Source: Chiloscyllium plagiosum (taxonomy: Eukaryota). Taken from it: a stretch of 26,911 bases of DNA. Below, in pieces: positions 1 through 9,086 of this stretch; the stretch's first letter is position 1; the number at the start of each line of letters is the position of its first letter. The translations under genes were made by a program, and so were the position numbers. Under the pieces are notes generated by a model. It had not been told where the DNA came from. It saw only the letters and a list, made by a program, of their open reading frames with translations, and searched no databases. Location: assembly GCF_004010195.1 (NCBI RefSeq), contig NC_057750.1:13647473-13674383 (forward strand), read 5' to 3'.

Positions 1-39
1 TAATCTATGGTCTGGAGGACAACGCTACTGACACCGCGA

Positions 40-147
40 CATGCCCTCAGCCTGACACTGGGTGTATCAGCTGACCCTGTGTGCCCAGCTCAATGGAGTA
101 GGACTGGCACCCTCTGACTCAGAGGTGAGGGCACTACCTCCCCGAGC
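40..147 (-). mobile_element. Degenerate 5' part of a DeuSINE/SacSINE1-like tRNA-derived SINE
   Basis: The minus strand reads GCTCGGGGAGGTAGTGCCCTCACCTCTGAGTCAGAGGGTGCC...CTCCATTGAGCTGGGCACAC...GCTGATACACCCAGTGTCAGGCTGAGGGCATG. This resembles the shark DeuSINE head as recalled. Related relics lie at 6960-7110 and 11165-11320. Confidence 0.45.
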
Positions 148-234
148 TCCAGACAGAACATACAACTTTTGGGATGGCAACCCAAACATCGTGGCGAAAA
201 TATGGACGAGAAAACAAAGTCTCCCTCTTCTCAG

Positions 235-335
235 TGTTGGAAATGATCAGCACCATTGTCGGAGTCTCTCTGCAGAACGGAGACATTATGCCAGACGAGA
301 GGAATGCTGTTACTGCCTACCATCTGGTCGACAAA
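235..335 (+). CDS. Probable internal (penultimate) coding exon of an unidentified host gene: (x)LEMISTIVGVSLQNGDIMPDERNAVTAYHLVDK
   Basis: Pyrimidine tract and acceptor TCTCCCTCTTCTCAG end at 234. The frame is open from TTG at 237 to AAA at 333-335. The donor AAA|GTCATGT at 336 is weak but gives phase 0, matching the exon at 2429. Sequence is non-repetitive. Confidence 0.6.
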
Positions 336-456
336 GTCATGTTTCAGATATAACATTTCATCAAAGTGTTTTCAGATGCCGATTAATCTGTTGCACAATT
401 TTAGAATTTCCCATTCTTATTTAAAGCGATCACAACAGGCGGATTGATATAAATTA

Positions 457-743
457 GGGGCAGCACGGTGGCTCAGTGGTTAGCACTGCTGCCTCACAGC
501 ACCACGGACCCAGGTTCGATTCCTGCCTCGGGTGACTGTCTGTGTGGAGTCTGCACATTCTCCCCGTGTCTGTGTGGGTTTCCTCCCACAGTCCAAAGAT
601 GTGCGGGTTAGGTGAATTGGCCGTGCTAAATTGCCCATAGTGTCAGAGGGAAATGGGTCTGAGTGTATTACTGTGCGGAGGGTCAGTGTGGACTTGTTGG
701 GCGGAAGGGCTTGTTTCCGCACTGTAGGGAATCTAATCTAATC
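457..743 (+). mobile_element. HE1 SINE (V-SINE), near full length
   Basis: tRNA-like head with A box TGGCTCAGTGG and B box GGTTCGATTCC; V-domain GTGTGGAGT(T/C)TGCACATTCTCCCCGTGTC; CR1-type tail GAAGGGCTTGTTTCCGCACTGTAGGG followed by (AATCT)n. Confidence 0.9.
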
Positions 744-1435
744 AAAATTTCATTGAGATCTCGTTCACGATACAATATCTCCCAGAATGAGACTGGTAAC
801 TGTTAGCATAGCCAGCCTAGGAGTCAATTCATTGTTGGAGATCTTGTCCTGGCGATGATGGCACTGGACGAGTAATCCAGAGGCTTCTGCAAACTCTCCG
901 AGGCTACAGGGTTCAAGTCATGCCCCTATCTGCATTGGTGGGACTGAGGTGGAGCTGCTCAAGAGCATCAAGTTCCTGGGAGTGTTGATCACTAACAATC
1001 TGTCCTGGCCTACCTACACTACTGTCAAGAAAGCACAACAATGCCTCTACTTTCTCAGGAGGCTAAGGAAATTCAGTATGTCCGTAAGGACTCTTACCAA
1101 CTTTTATAGATGCACCACAGAAAGCATCCTATCCATATACATCACGGTTTGGTGCGGCAACTGCTCTGCCCAGGACCGTACGAAACTACAGAGAGCTGTG
1201 AGCCCAGCCCAGTCCATCACACAAACCAGCCTCCCACCCACCGACTCCATCTACACTTCCCACTGCCTCAGGAAGGCAGCCAACATCATCAAAGACCCCT
1301 CCCACCCCGGTTAGACTCTCTTCCACCCTCTTCCATCAGGCAGGAGATACAAGAGGTTAAACACACGTACCAACAGATTCAAGAACAGCTTCTTCCCCGC
1401 TGTTATCATACTGCTGAACGGACTGCTTTAATGTA

Positions 1436-1624
1436 CAGAGAGGTAAAAACAATGACTGCAGATGCTGAAAACCAGATTCTGGATCAGTGGTGCTGGAAGA
1501 GCACAGCAATTCAGGCAGCATCCGAGGACAGGCAAAATCGACGTTTCGGGCAAAAGCCCTTCATCAGGAAGCTTTTGCCCGAAATGTCGATTTTGCCTGT
1601 CCTCGGATGCTGCCTGAATTGCTG
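1436..1624. mobile_element. Palindromic PLE-end element (family A) with a 12-bp TSD
   Basis: TGCTTTAATGTA at 1424-1435 and 1625-1636. Inverted arms about 1500-1558 and 1571-1628. Same tail sequence as 2934-3011, 4604-4735, 10999-11146 and 22147-22223. Confidence 0.85.
1540..1567 (-). ncRNA. Minimal type-I hammerhead ribozyme core (family A)
   Basis: The minus strand reads CUGAUGA-A-GGGC-UUUU-GCCC-GAAA-CG-UC: intact core, 4-bp stem II, palindromic ACGU stem III and a GUC cleavage triplet. Stem I is only about 2 bp in this copy. Confidence 0.65.
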
Positions 1625-1913
1625 TGCTTTAATGTATATGTTGATCTCTCTCTCTGCACTTCCTCTGTGGGAGTAACACTGTGTGCACTGCTACATATAC
1701 ACTATGTATGGTACAATCTGCCGGTCTAGCACGCAAAGCAACACTTTTGTCTGTATCTCAGCACACGTGACAGCAATAAATCAAATCAAATCAATGTAGC
1801 AGCTAATGGAATTCAATTCACAAAGGGAGTGATGATGACAGCTATTGTCAAGTTGCCAGTCAAACCCCTATCTGATTCACTAATGCTGTTCAGGGAAGGA
1901 AATGCTGGCCTAT

Positions 1914-2194
1914 GGGTGGCACGGTGGCTCAGTGGCTAGTACTGCTGTCTCACAACACCAGGGTCCCAAGTTCGATTCTTGCCTTGGGTGACTGTCTGTG
2001 TGGAGTTTGCACGTTCTCCCCATATCTGCAATCCAAAGATGTGCAGGTCAGGGTGAATTGGCCGTGCTAAATTGCCCATAGTGTTAGGTGCATTAGTCAG
2101 AGGGAAATGGGTCTGGGTGGGTTACTCTTCAAAGGGTCGGTGTGGACTTGTTGGGCCGAAGGGCCTGCTCCCACACTGTAGGGAATCTAATCTA
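1914..2194 (+). mobile_element. HE1 SINE
   Basis: A/B boxes, V-domain and GGGCCGAAGGGCCTGCTCCCACACTGTAGGGAATCTAATCTA tail. Confidence 0.9.
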
Positions 2195-2428
2195 TAATTA
2201 TGGTTTATTCTTAAATACCTCAGTTCAAGGGCAATTAGGGACGAGCAACAAATACTGGACTTGCTGGTGACCCCTGACATCCCATGATGGTATAAATCCT
2301 GACCCGCTATGTTTTCTAATGGATGCCCCACCTTTGAATTTAAGGCTGTTACAGATAAAAAGAGTCACTTGGAGTATTCACCCTTGGGTACATAAGTCCC
2401 TGATAAAACCCATTTTTGTCTGATACAG

Positions 2429-2707
2429 CTCTCTGTGGAATCATTCCTTAACTTTGTACCTGACTGGATGGTATTGGAGATCTGCGTTACTGGGTTCAAA
2501 AAGAAACCCCATTGTTTCCCCAGTCTTGATCGCCATCCACTGAATCCTACTCGGATATTCCCACCAGATCCAAAGGCCTACAGCATCAGGCATAATGAGT
2601 CAGGTTCTGGAGACTCCATTCACTGTTTCCGGAACTGGACGATGATGGAAACAAAATCCTTGAACACTTCCACCCCAGGTGAATATCTAACTGGTGCAGA
2701 ATGCTAA
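2429..2707 (+). CDS. Probable terminal coding exon of the same unidentified gene: LSVESFLNFVPDWMVLEICVTGFKKKPHCFPSLDRHPLNPTRIFPPDPKAYSIRHNESGSGDSIHCFRNWTMMETKSLNTSTPGEYLTGAEC*
   Basis: Acceptor CATTTTTGTCTGATACAG ends at 2428. Phase-0 open frame of 92 codons to TAA at 2705-2707, in unique sequence, with AATAAA about 115 nt downstream. Confidence 0.65.
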   Translation, partial: LSVESFLNFVPDWMVLEICVTGFKKKPHCFPSLDRHPLNPTRIFPPDPKAYSIRHNESGSGDSIHCFRNWTMMETKSLNTSTPGEYLTGAEC

Positions 2708-2822
2708 TTGTTTTTAATTATTGGCAGATGGAGGACCTTAATTGGTAGTTCTTTGAGCACAGTTTGGAAACATCTGCAAAGGGCAGGGCTCAACTTCAAA
2801 GGAACATCCATGTTTTGTTTGC

Positions 2823-2828
2823 AATAAA
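2823..2828 (+). terminator. Candidate polyadenylation signal
   Basis: AATAAA downstream of the putative stop codon, just before repeats resume at about 2880. Confidence 0.45.
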
Positions 2829-2899
2829 AGATTAACCCCTTGTGGGGGCAGTGAAGGCAGCAGTTAGCCTGAGGAGGATAGAGCATAGAACATAGGAGC

Positions 2900-3312
2900 T
2901 TGATATCAAAGTCTGTCCACCATCTACAAGGCATTTGCCCCCCAAACGTCGATTGTCCTGTTCCTCAGATGCTGCCTGACCTGCTGTGCTTTTCCAGCAC
3001 CACACTCTCGACACCACCTACAAGGCACGAGTCAGGGGTGTGAGGGAATACTCCCCACTTGCCCCTGGATGGGAGCAGCTCCAACAACACTCAAGAAGCT
3101 CGACACCATCCAGGACAAAGCAGCCCCCACTTGGTTGGCACCACACCCACAAACATCCCCTCCCTCCACCACCGACGCTCAGTAGCAGCAGGGTGTACCA
3201 TCTACAAGATGCACTGCAGCAACTCACCAAAGACCCTCAGACAGCACCTTCCAAACCCATGAACACTTCCATCTGGAAGCGGATACATGGGGATGCCAGC
3301 CCCTGTAAGTTC
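2900..3312 (+). mobile_element. LINE ORF2 C-terminal fragment of the CR1/L2 group (L2B/Crack/Daphne-like); probable partner of SINE family 2
   Basis: Frameshifted translation TTYKARVRGVREYSPLA / WMGAAPTTLKKLDTIQDKAA / IPSLHHRRSVAAGCTIYKMHCSNSP. Interrupted by a PLE fragment. Confidence 0.75.
2934..3011 (+). mobile_element. PLE-end fragment (family A) with a 16-bp TSD
   Basis: CACCA(T/C)CTACAAGGCA at 2918-2933 and 3012-3027. The insert starts inside a degenerate stem II (TTTGCCCCCAAACGTC). Confidence 0.8.
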
Positions 3313-3431
3313 CTATCAGTGCACAAGGACCATGTGGACTGCTACAAGCCCTCACAAAGATAATTCACCTCCAGATTCTCAATGGCCAATTAATGTTGGG
3401 TAGAAACTGGCAGACGAGACAGCGAAATTCC

Positions 3432-3795
3432 ACATACAGCACGGACACAGGCCCTTCAGCCCAACTCATCCATGCTGACCAAGTTTCCCAAACTAAACTG
3501 ACCCCGTGTGCCTGCATTTAGCCCATATCCCTCTAAACCTTTCCTATTCATGTACCTGTCCAAATGTCTTTGAAATGTTGCAACTGTCTCTGCACCCACC
3601 ACTTCCTCTAACACTTCGTTCCACACACGAACCACTCTCTATGTAGAAAGGGTTACCCCTCGTGTCCTTCTTAAATCTTTCTTCTCTCACCTTAAACCTA
3701 TGCCCTCTTGTTTTTAACTCCACATGCGCACCACCCTCTGTGTGAAAAGGTTGCTCCTCAGATCTCTATTAAATCTTCCCCCTCTCACCTTAAAC
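3432..3795 (-). mobile_element. CR1/HER1-type LINE 3' end with an internal partial duplication
   Basis: Reverse complement of the CR1 tail and ORF2 end seen at 3869-4320. The segment CCAC(T/C)CTCT(A/G)TGT...CTCTCACCTTAAAC occurs twice, at about 3632-3697 and 3731-3795. Confidence 0.85.
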
Positions 3796-3796
3796 A

Positions 3797-4322
3797 CATC
3801 GGAACGATGTTGTGAAACTTGAAAGGGTTCAGATAAGATTTACAAGGCTGTTACCAGGGTAGGAGGGTTTGAGCTATAGGGAGAGGCTAAACAGGCTGGG
3901 GCTGTTTTCCCTGGAGCATCGGAGGCTGAGGGGTGACCTTATAGAGGTTTATAAAATTATGAGGGACATGGATAGGATAAATAGACAAAGTCTTTTCCCT
4001 GGGGTCGGGGAGTCCAGAACTAGAGGGCATAGGTTTAGGGTGAGAGGGGAAAGATATAAAAGAGACCTAAGGTGCAACGTTTTCACGCAGAGGGTTGTAC
4101 GTGTATGGAATGAGCTGCCAGAGGAAGTGGTGGAGGCTGGTACAATTGCAACATTTAAGAGGCATTTGGATGGGTATATGAATAGGAAGGGTTTGGAGGG
4201 ATATGGGCCAGGTGCTGGCAGGTGGGACTAGATTGGGTTGGGACATCTGGTCGGCATGGACAGGTTGGACCGAAGGGTCTGTTTCCGAGCTGTACATCTC
4301 TATGACACAATGACTCTATGAC
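3797..4322 (+). mobile_element. Young 5'-truncated CR1 LINE
   Basis: ORF 3869-4231 reads SYRERLNRLGLFSLEHRRLRGDLIEVYKIM...RTRGH...FTQRVVRVWNELP, the canonical CR1 ORF2 C-terminus, followed by a (CTATGA)-type tail. Confidence 0.92.
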
Positions 4323-5075
4323 CTAGTTCTGGACTCTCCCACCCTGGCTATTCACCTTATCCACGCCCCTCATGATTTCATAAACCTCAATACGGTCACC
4401 CCTCAACATCCTACGCTCCAGTGAAAGATGTCCCAGCCTATGCAGCGTCTCCTTATAACACAGACCTTCCAGTTCTGGTAACGTCCTTATAAATCTTTTC
4501 TGCACCCTCTCCAATTTAGTAACATACAGCAGGGTGACCAGAACTGTATGCCGCACTCCAAACCACTCCTTTGTCCACCGGCCCAGCTAATCAAGATCCT
4601 GTGGAGAACGTGAGGCCCGCAGATGCTGGAGATCAGAGTCGAGAGTGTGGTGCTGGAAAAGCACAGCAGGTCAGGCAGCATCCGAGGAGCAGGAGAGTCA
4701 GCGTTCCGGACATAAGCCCTTCGTCAGGAATAAGGCAAGATCCCGTGTCAAGCACCTTCTTCACTACCTGCGACTCCACTTTCGAGGAACTAGGAACCAG
4801 CACTCCAAGGTCTTTTTGCCCAGCAGCACTCCCCTACCATTAACTATGTTAATCGTGCCCTTACCAAAATGCAACACCTCACAGTTATTTAAATTAAACT
4901 CCGTCTGCCACTCCTCGACCCATTGACTCAATTGACCCAATCAAGACCCCATTGTACTCTTAGATAACCTTCTTTACTATCCACTATACCACAAACGCTG
5001 GGTGTCATCTGCAAATGTGCTCCTATATTCACGTCTGAATCACTTACACAAATGACAAACAATGGCTTGTCCTGC
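4323..5075 (-). mobile_element. Degenerate CR1 LINE continuing into the RT domain, interrupted by a PLE fragment
   Basis: Minus-strand translation includes LERVQKRFIRTLP...LERRMLRGDRIEVY. GGTGTCATCTGCAAAT at 5001-5016 reads FADDT (RT catalytic motif) on the minus strand. Confidence 0.8.
4604..4735 (-). mobile_element. PLE-end element (family A) with a 12-bp TSD and a degenerate hammerhead
   Basis: CAAGATCC(T/C)GTG at 4592-4603 and 4736-4747. The minus strand reads CTGACGA-A-GGGC-TTAT-GTCC-GGAA-CG, with the GAAA box mutated. Confidence 0.8.
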
Positions 5076-5120
5076 TGCTGGGAGAGGGGTGAATAAGGGG
5101 TCCAGCTGCCACCCAGGGTA

Positions 5121-5410
5121 TAGACATAGATTCCCTACGGTGTGGCCCCTCTGAAGAGCATCCCACCTCAACCCTCTCCCCTCTAACCCTGCATTTCCTG
5201 TGACTAACCCACTGACCCCTGGGCACTATAGCATGGCCGATCCACCCTAACCTGCACATCTTTGGACTACGGGGAGGAGACCAGAGCACCTGGAGGAAAC
5301 CCACACATACGTGGGGAGAACGTGCAAGCTCCACCAGACAGTCACCCGAGGCTGGATTCGATCCCGAGTCCCTGGTGCTGTGAGGCAGCAGTCCTCACCA
5401 CTGAGCTACC
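5121..5410 (-). mobile_element. HE1 SINE
   Basis: Reverse-complement head (GTGAGGCAGCAGTCCTCACCACTGAGC), V-domain and tail. Confidence 0.85.
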
Positions 5411-5419
5411 TGATAAGTC

Positions 5420-5708
5420 AGGGCAAGGTTAGAGAGTGGGGTGGTAGGCAGCCTCAGTAATGACATGAAAATGGGCAAAGAAGGGCCAACTGTGGCATTG
5501 ACGTTGCGAATAGACTGGTTTCACATCAGGAAGAGAGATGTAGTGTGTACCAAGGGGCAGAGCTTGGGGCTGGATGGGGAATCAATGGCTTTCGTTCTTG
5601 CCATTGTTTAATTCGGAAAAAGGGGACATCCAGTAGGGGATGTCAGATAAATGGCCTGGTACCTTAGCAACAATGGGGGAGTGTGTTGGTGAGCTATGCA
5701 TCATCGGG
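5420..5708 (-). mobile_element. Highly decayed L2-like LINE RT fragment
   Basis: Minus-strand CCGATGATGCATAGCTC resembles the ADDTQL coding motif, and the downstream sequence resembles L2 RT. Weak evidence. Confidence 0.4.
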
Positions 5709-5713
5709 GGAAA

Positions 5714-5915
5714 GACTTAGAAATATGTCGCCGTTCCCTCAGTGTCGCTGGGTCAAAATCCTAGAACTCCCTCCCTCAAGGCATTGTGGGTATAGCTAAA
5801 CCACGTAGGCTCCAGCAGTTCAAGAAGACAGCTCACCACCCCCTTCTCCAGAGATGGACAATAAATGCGATCCCAACCAGTCATGGTTACATCCCACAAA
5901 TGAATTACATTTAAA
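5714..5915 (+). mobile_element. 3' end of the L2B/Crack-like LINE
   Basis: GACTTAGAAATATGTCGCCGTTCCCTCAGTGTCGCTGGGTCAAAATCCTAGAACTCCCTCCC...GCTCACCACC is homologous to 10172-10360 and 20325-20530. Confidence 0.75.
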
Positions 5916-5956
5916 AATAGCAGCTTGTTCAGTCAAGCTCCAAATGAGATCCTTGT

Positions 5957-6585
5957 GGGGGAGATGGTGGTGAAGAGGTAATGGACTGATATTCCAAAGT
6001 CCCAGGATAGTGCTCTGGTGACCTGTGTTCAAATCCCCACAGTAATCGTTAGTGGAATTTCGATTCCATTTTAAAAAGCGTCTGGAATTAAAGTCTAATC
6101 TCTTAACAACTCATCCAGAGGGGCTCTTGTGGTAGTGACCTTACCCCAGGTTAGGAGGCCCAGTTTAAGACTGACCCTACTCCAGAGGGTAATAATATCT
6201 CTGATCAGGGTGATTAGAAAAATTGGTGAATAAGAAAAGAGTGCTGTGTGGGGCCCTCTTGTGGTGTGGTGGTAGTGTCCCTACCCCTTGACTGAGAGGC
6301 CTAGGTTCAAGACCCACCCTGATCCAGAGGTATGTAATAACATCTCTGGACTAGGTGATGAGGAAAAATAGGCAAAAATAAAACTCCCAGGTTCACCAAT
6401 GTCTTTTAGGGAAGGAAATCCTATTCAGTCTGGCCTATACGTGACTCCAGACCTACAGCAAGATGGCTGACAGTGAACTGCTCTCTGTAATGGCCCTAGT
6501 AAGCCACTCCATTCAAGGCCAATTAGGGGTGGGCAGCAAGTGCCAGAGCCTCACCCAAATCCTGTGAAAGAATAAACTAAATAAA
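5957..6585 (+). mobile_element. SINE family 2, split into 5957-6100 and 6389-6585
   Basis: B box TGTTCAAATCC; core TTTAGGGAAGGAAATC...GTCTGGCCTATACGTGACTCCAGACC; LINE-type tail ending in GAATAAA. Confidence 0.75.
6120..6370 (+). mobile_element. Two copies of a short (about 105-120 bp) tRNA-derived SINE (6120-6222 and 6251-6370)
   Basis: Both read CTCTTGTGGT...GAGGCC(C/T)AG(T/G)TT(T/C)AAGAC...ACCCT...TCCAGAGG...TAATAA(T/C)ATCTCTG...GGTGAT...GAAAAAT, with A- and B-box-like motifs. Confidence 0.6.
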
Positions 6586-6589
6586 AGAT

Positions 6590-7110
6590 AGAGAGCAAAG
6601 TGATAATGACCAGATCTACTGTGTTCCCAACAGTGGGGTGGCACAATGGCTCAGTGGTTAGCACTGCTGCCTCATAGTGCCAGGGTTCGATTCCACCCTC
6701 GGGTGACTGTCTGTGTGGAGTTTGCACGTTCTCCCCGTGCCTGCGTGGGTTTCCTCCGGGTGCTCCGGTTTCCTCCCACAGTCCAAAGATGTGCAGGTTA
6801 GGACGATTGCCCCATAGTGTCCAGGGATGTGCAGGCTAGTTGGGTTAGCCATGGGGAGTGCAGGGTTACAGGGATAGGGGAGGTTAGGTGGGATGTTCTT
6901 TGGAGGGTGGGTGTGGACCCGACAGGTTGAGTTGCCTACTCCCACACTGTAGGGATTGATATGACAGCTGGAAGAAAGCCCAACTCCTTCAAGTAACATG
7001 ACTGCATCTTTAACAGCCACTCAAGAGGCTCTACCTGCACAGTGACACCTTTGACAGTGCAGTACTCCCTTGGTACTGACACTGAAAGAGTCAGTCTAGC
7101 TGTGCTCTCA
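6590..7110 (-). mobile_element. DeuSINE/SacSINE1-like relic split by an HE1 insertion (6590-6634 and 6960-7110)
   Basis: AGCAAAGTGATAATGACCAGAT on the left and GACAGTGCAGTACTCCCTTGGTACTGACACTG...GTCAGTCTAG on the right match the recalled family order. Confidence 0.5.
6635..6958 (+). mobile_element. HE1 SINE
   Basis: A/B boxes, full V-domain GGGTTTCCTCCGGGTGCTCCGGTTTCCTCCCACAGTCCAAAGATGTGCAGG, and tail. Confidence 0.9.
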
Positions 7111-7639
7111 GATTGCTTGAGTCATGCAACACGTTTATGGATGTACATTGATCAGAAGCAAAACTGTGCTTATCCCGATTCACTGTGGGCCAAGCTCAAT
7201 GAATTACTAACGAGTGATCCTAATCGATTCTGACTCCTAAGAATGTCCCAATTAGTTGGCGATTTCTGTGTGGGGCCTATTCTGTTTGATGTGAGCGATT
7301 TCCTTCCATCGTCACGCAATGCAAGAAACAAAGGCTTGGGCAATCTTTCCCATCACTTGGCACGGCTCAGTGCGGAAAGGTTAGTCACCAGCAAACCACA
7401 CAACCTTTCCGTATAAGCCCCAGTTGTGCAACGCCGATCTTGCGAGATGTGCACTTGATGCTACTCCGCATTTCTGGCTCTCATCTCCATGGCAGGCTTC
7501 AACCTACTGCTCTCAGAGAGTAGGCGCCTCAAATTGACCCGACAAGCAAGGCCGCAAGCCTACTCCAAGCTAGTGGGCGGGGCAACTGGATTAGACGCAC
7601 TTCAGAGAAGTTCACCAAATTAATTCCAGAGACTTGATT

Positions 7640-8320
7640 TTGAGGAGAGATTATTCAGTTTAGGCCTAAGCTCGCTTGAGTTTACAAGAATGAGAGGAGA
7701 TTCCCACCCCCATCAAAAGAGGTATGTAAGGTGCTAAAGGCGATTGACAAAATAGGCGTGGGAGGGGATGTTTCCGCACGTGGGGTAATCTAGAATGAGA
7801 GGTCACGGTTTTTTTTTTGATTGCGAAGCGAATTTTCCTCAGGAGCATCCTGGTTTCTCTCGTCGTCATTGAAATGACTGCACAGAGGCCTGTATCCCCG
7901 TTTATTGACACCTGCACAGTGCGTGGGCTCTGACCAGCCAGCTCAGAGCCAGTCCTGAGAATGAGGAGACTCTCTGAATCTCCTGTTTGTATTTAGATTT
8001 CCCCCGCACGCCCACTGCACCCAAAGGGGACTCAGAGGTCATAGTTTGAGAATAAGGGGCGGCAGGTTTTGAACTGAGATGAGGAGGGACTACTTCTCTG
8101 AATGGGTCATGAATCTGTGGAATTTACAACCCCAGAATGTGGTGGATGCTGGGACATTCAACGAAGAGACAGACTTTTAATTAGTAAGGGGTTAAAGGGA
8201 TTTGGGGAGCAAGCAAGGAAGTGGAGTTGTGGCTTAGGTGAGGTCAGCCATGTTTGTATTAAATGGTGGAGCAGGCTCGAGGGGCAGAAGGGCCTCCTCC
8301 TGCACCTAATTCTTATATAA
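7640..8320 (+). mobile_element. Old CR1 3' fragments (about 7640-7845 and 8030-8320) separated by an LTR-like piece
   Basis: TCTAGAATGAGAGGTCAC (SRMRGH), GAATCTGTGGAATT (NLWN) and tail GGAGCAGGCTCGAGGGGCAGAAGGGCCT. Confidence 0.65.
7870..7995 (-). mobile_element. Fragment of the solo-LTR-like family (3' half)
   Basis: Starts TGAAATGACTGCACAGAGGCCTGTATCCC, the reverse complement of the LTR 3' end at 10095-10119 and 25349-25374. Confidence 0.55.
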
Positions 8321-8679
8321 ATTGATGTCAGTGAAAAGCTGTGGCTGGGAAAGACTGGCCGAGGAAATGATGAGTTTGGAGGTTCTGGGGGGAGGCCATG
8401 TTGAATTGTAGAGAACAATGGTCATTGGATGAGCCCACAAGTTGCCACAACATTTGGCCAATCTGCTTGAATCACCAGTTTTCAAATCGAGTTTAGTTTA
8501 CATCGTGCCTCAGGCGTAGGATCACAAATAATAAACAAAAAACACACAAGGTGCTTCATTTCCAAAACTGACAACACCACTCCTCACAACAATTGCGCCA
8601 AGCACACCAATTCTTGGCCTATCTCTAAATTTTCTCTCCTACCCTGGAATGCGTGGTCATCTTCTGCTTTACTCTCAGC

Positions 8680-8950
8680 TCAGGCCAGTGTTTGCTGTCT
8701 GTTCCTGATCACGTTTTTGCGCGGCCAATTCAGAGGGCGGTTCAGAGTCAACCACATCGCGGTGGGTTTTGGAGTCACGGGGTAGGCCAGACCAGGTGAA
8801 GATGGCAGACTCGTCTGGCCTAAAGGATGTTCGCAAACCCGACGGGGAGCATCACTGAAGCCAGACTGGCAATCCAGGTTTAATGAATCGAATTTAAATC
8901 CCGTCAGCTGCTGCTGTGGGATTTGAACCTGTGTTGTCCAAAGCACGCTG
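8680..8950 (-). mobile_element. SINE family 2 body; its head resumes at 10120-10168
   Basis: GAGTCAACCACATCGC...GTAGGCCAGACCAGGT...GGGATTTGAACC, then after the nest CTCTGGATTACTGGTCCAG. Confidence 0.75.
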
Positions 8951-9086
8951 TGTGGTGATTGTAAGCAGGTCAGCCGGCTGGATGGCATGGAATAGGGGTT
9001 CCCTGATTGGGGGGTGGGGGGGGGGGGGGTGTGGGGCTGTTAACCTGATCCAATCAGGGAGCCCTGGCTGACATATAAACAGGAGG

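Larger units (their letters stand above)
924..1794 (+). mobile_element. 5'-truncated Rex1/Babar-type LINE (ORF2 C-terminus, DUF1891-like region, and 3' UTR)
   Basis: ORF 949-1314 reads KFLGVLITNNLSW...KKAQQCLYFLRRLRKF...FYRCTTESILS...IIKDPSHPG, with a premature TAG followed by FHPLPSGRRYKRL...RFKNSFFP. Tail is AATAAA(TCAAA)n at 1775-1794. Confidence 0.85.
851..2297 (+). mobile_element. Second tRNA-derived shark SINE ('family 2'), split into 851-923, 1795-1913 and 2215-2297 by nested insertions
   Basis: Head CACTGGACGAGTAATCCAGAGGC...GGGTTCAAGTC, middle TTCACTAATGCTGTTCAGGGAAGGAAAT and tail CAAGGGCAATTAGGGAC...ACATCCCATGA occur in the same order as in the copies at 5957-6585 and 13758-14080. 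Confidence 0.7.

Noticed and set aside
62..447. ORFs 62-424 and 256-447 as genes
   Set aside because: The first starts in a SINE relic and neither looks protein-like; the third frame, bounded by splice sites, is the plausible one.
457..535. tRNA genes at HE1 heads
   Set aside because: The A/B boxes run directly into the SINE V-domain and LINE tail, so these are SINE promoters.
949..1314. Host gene (such ORFs are often mis-annotated as ALKBH8 N-terminal/DUF1891 proteins)
   Set aside because: It is a Rex1/Babar LINE ORF2 end with a premature stop and a microsatellite tail.
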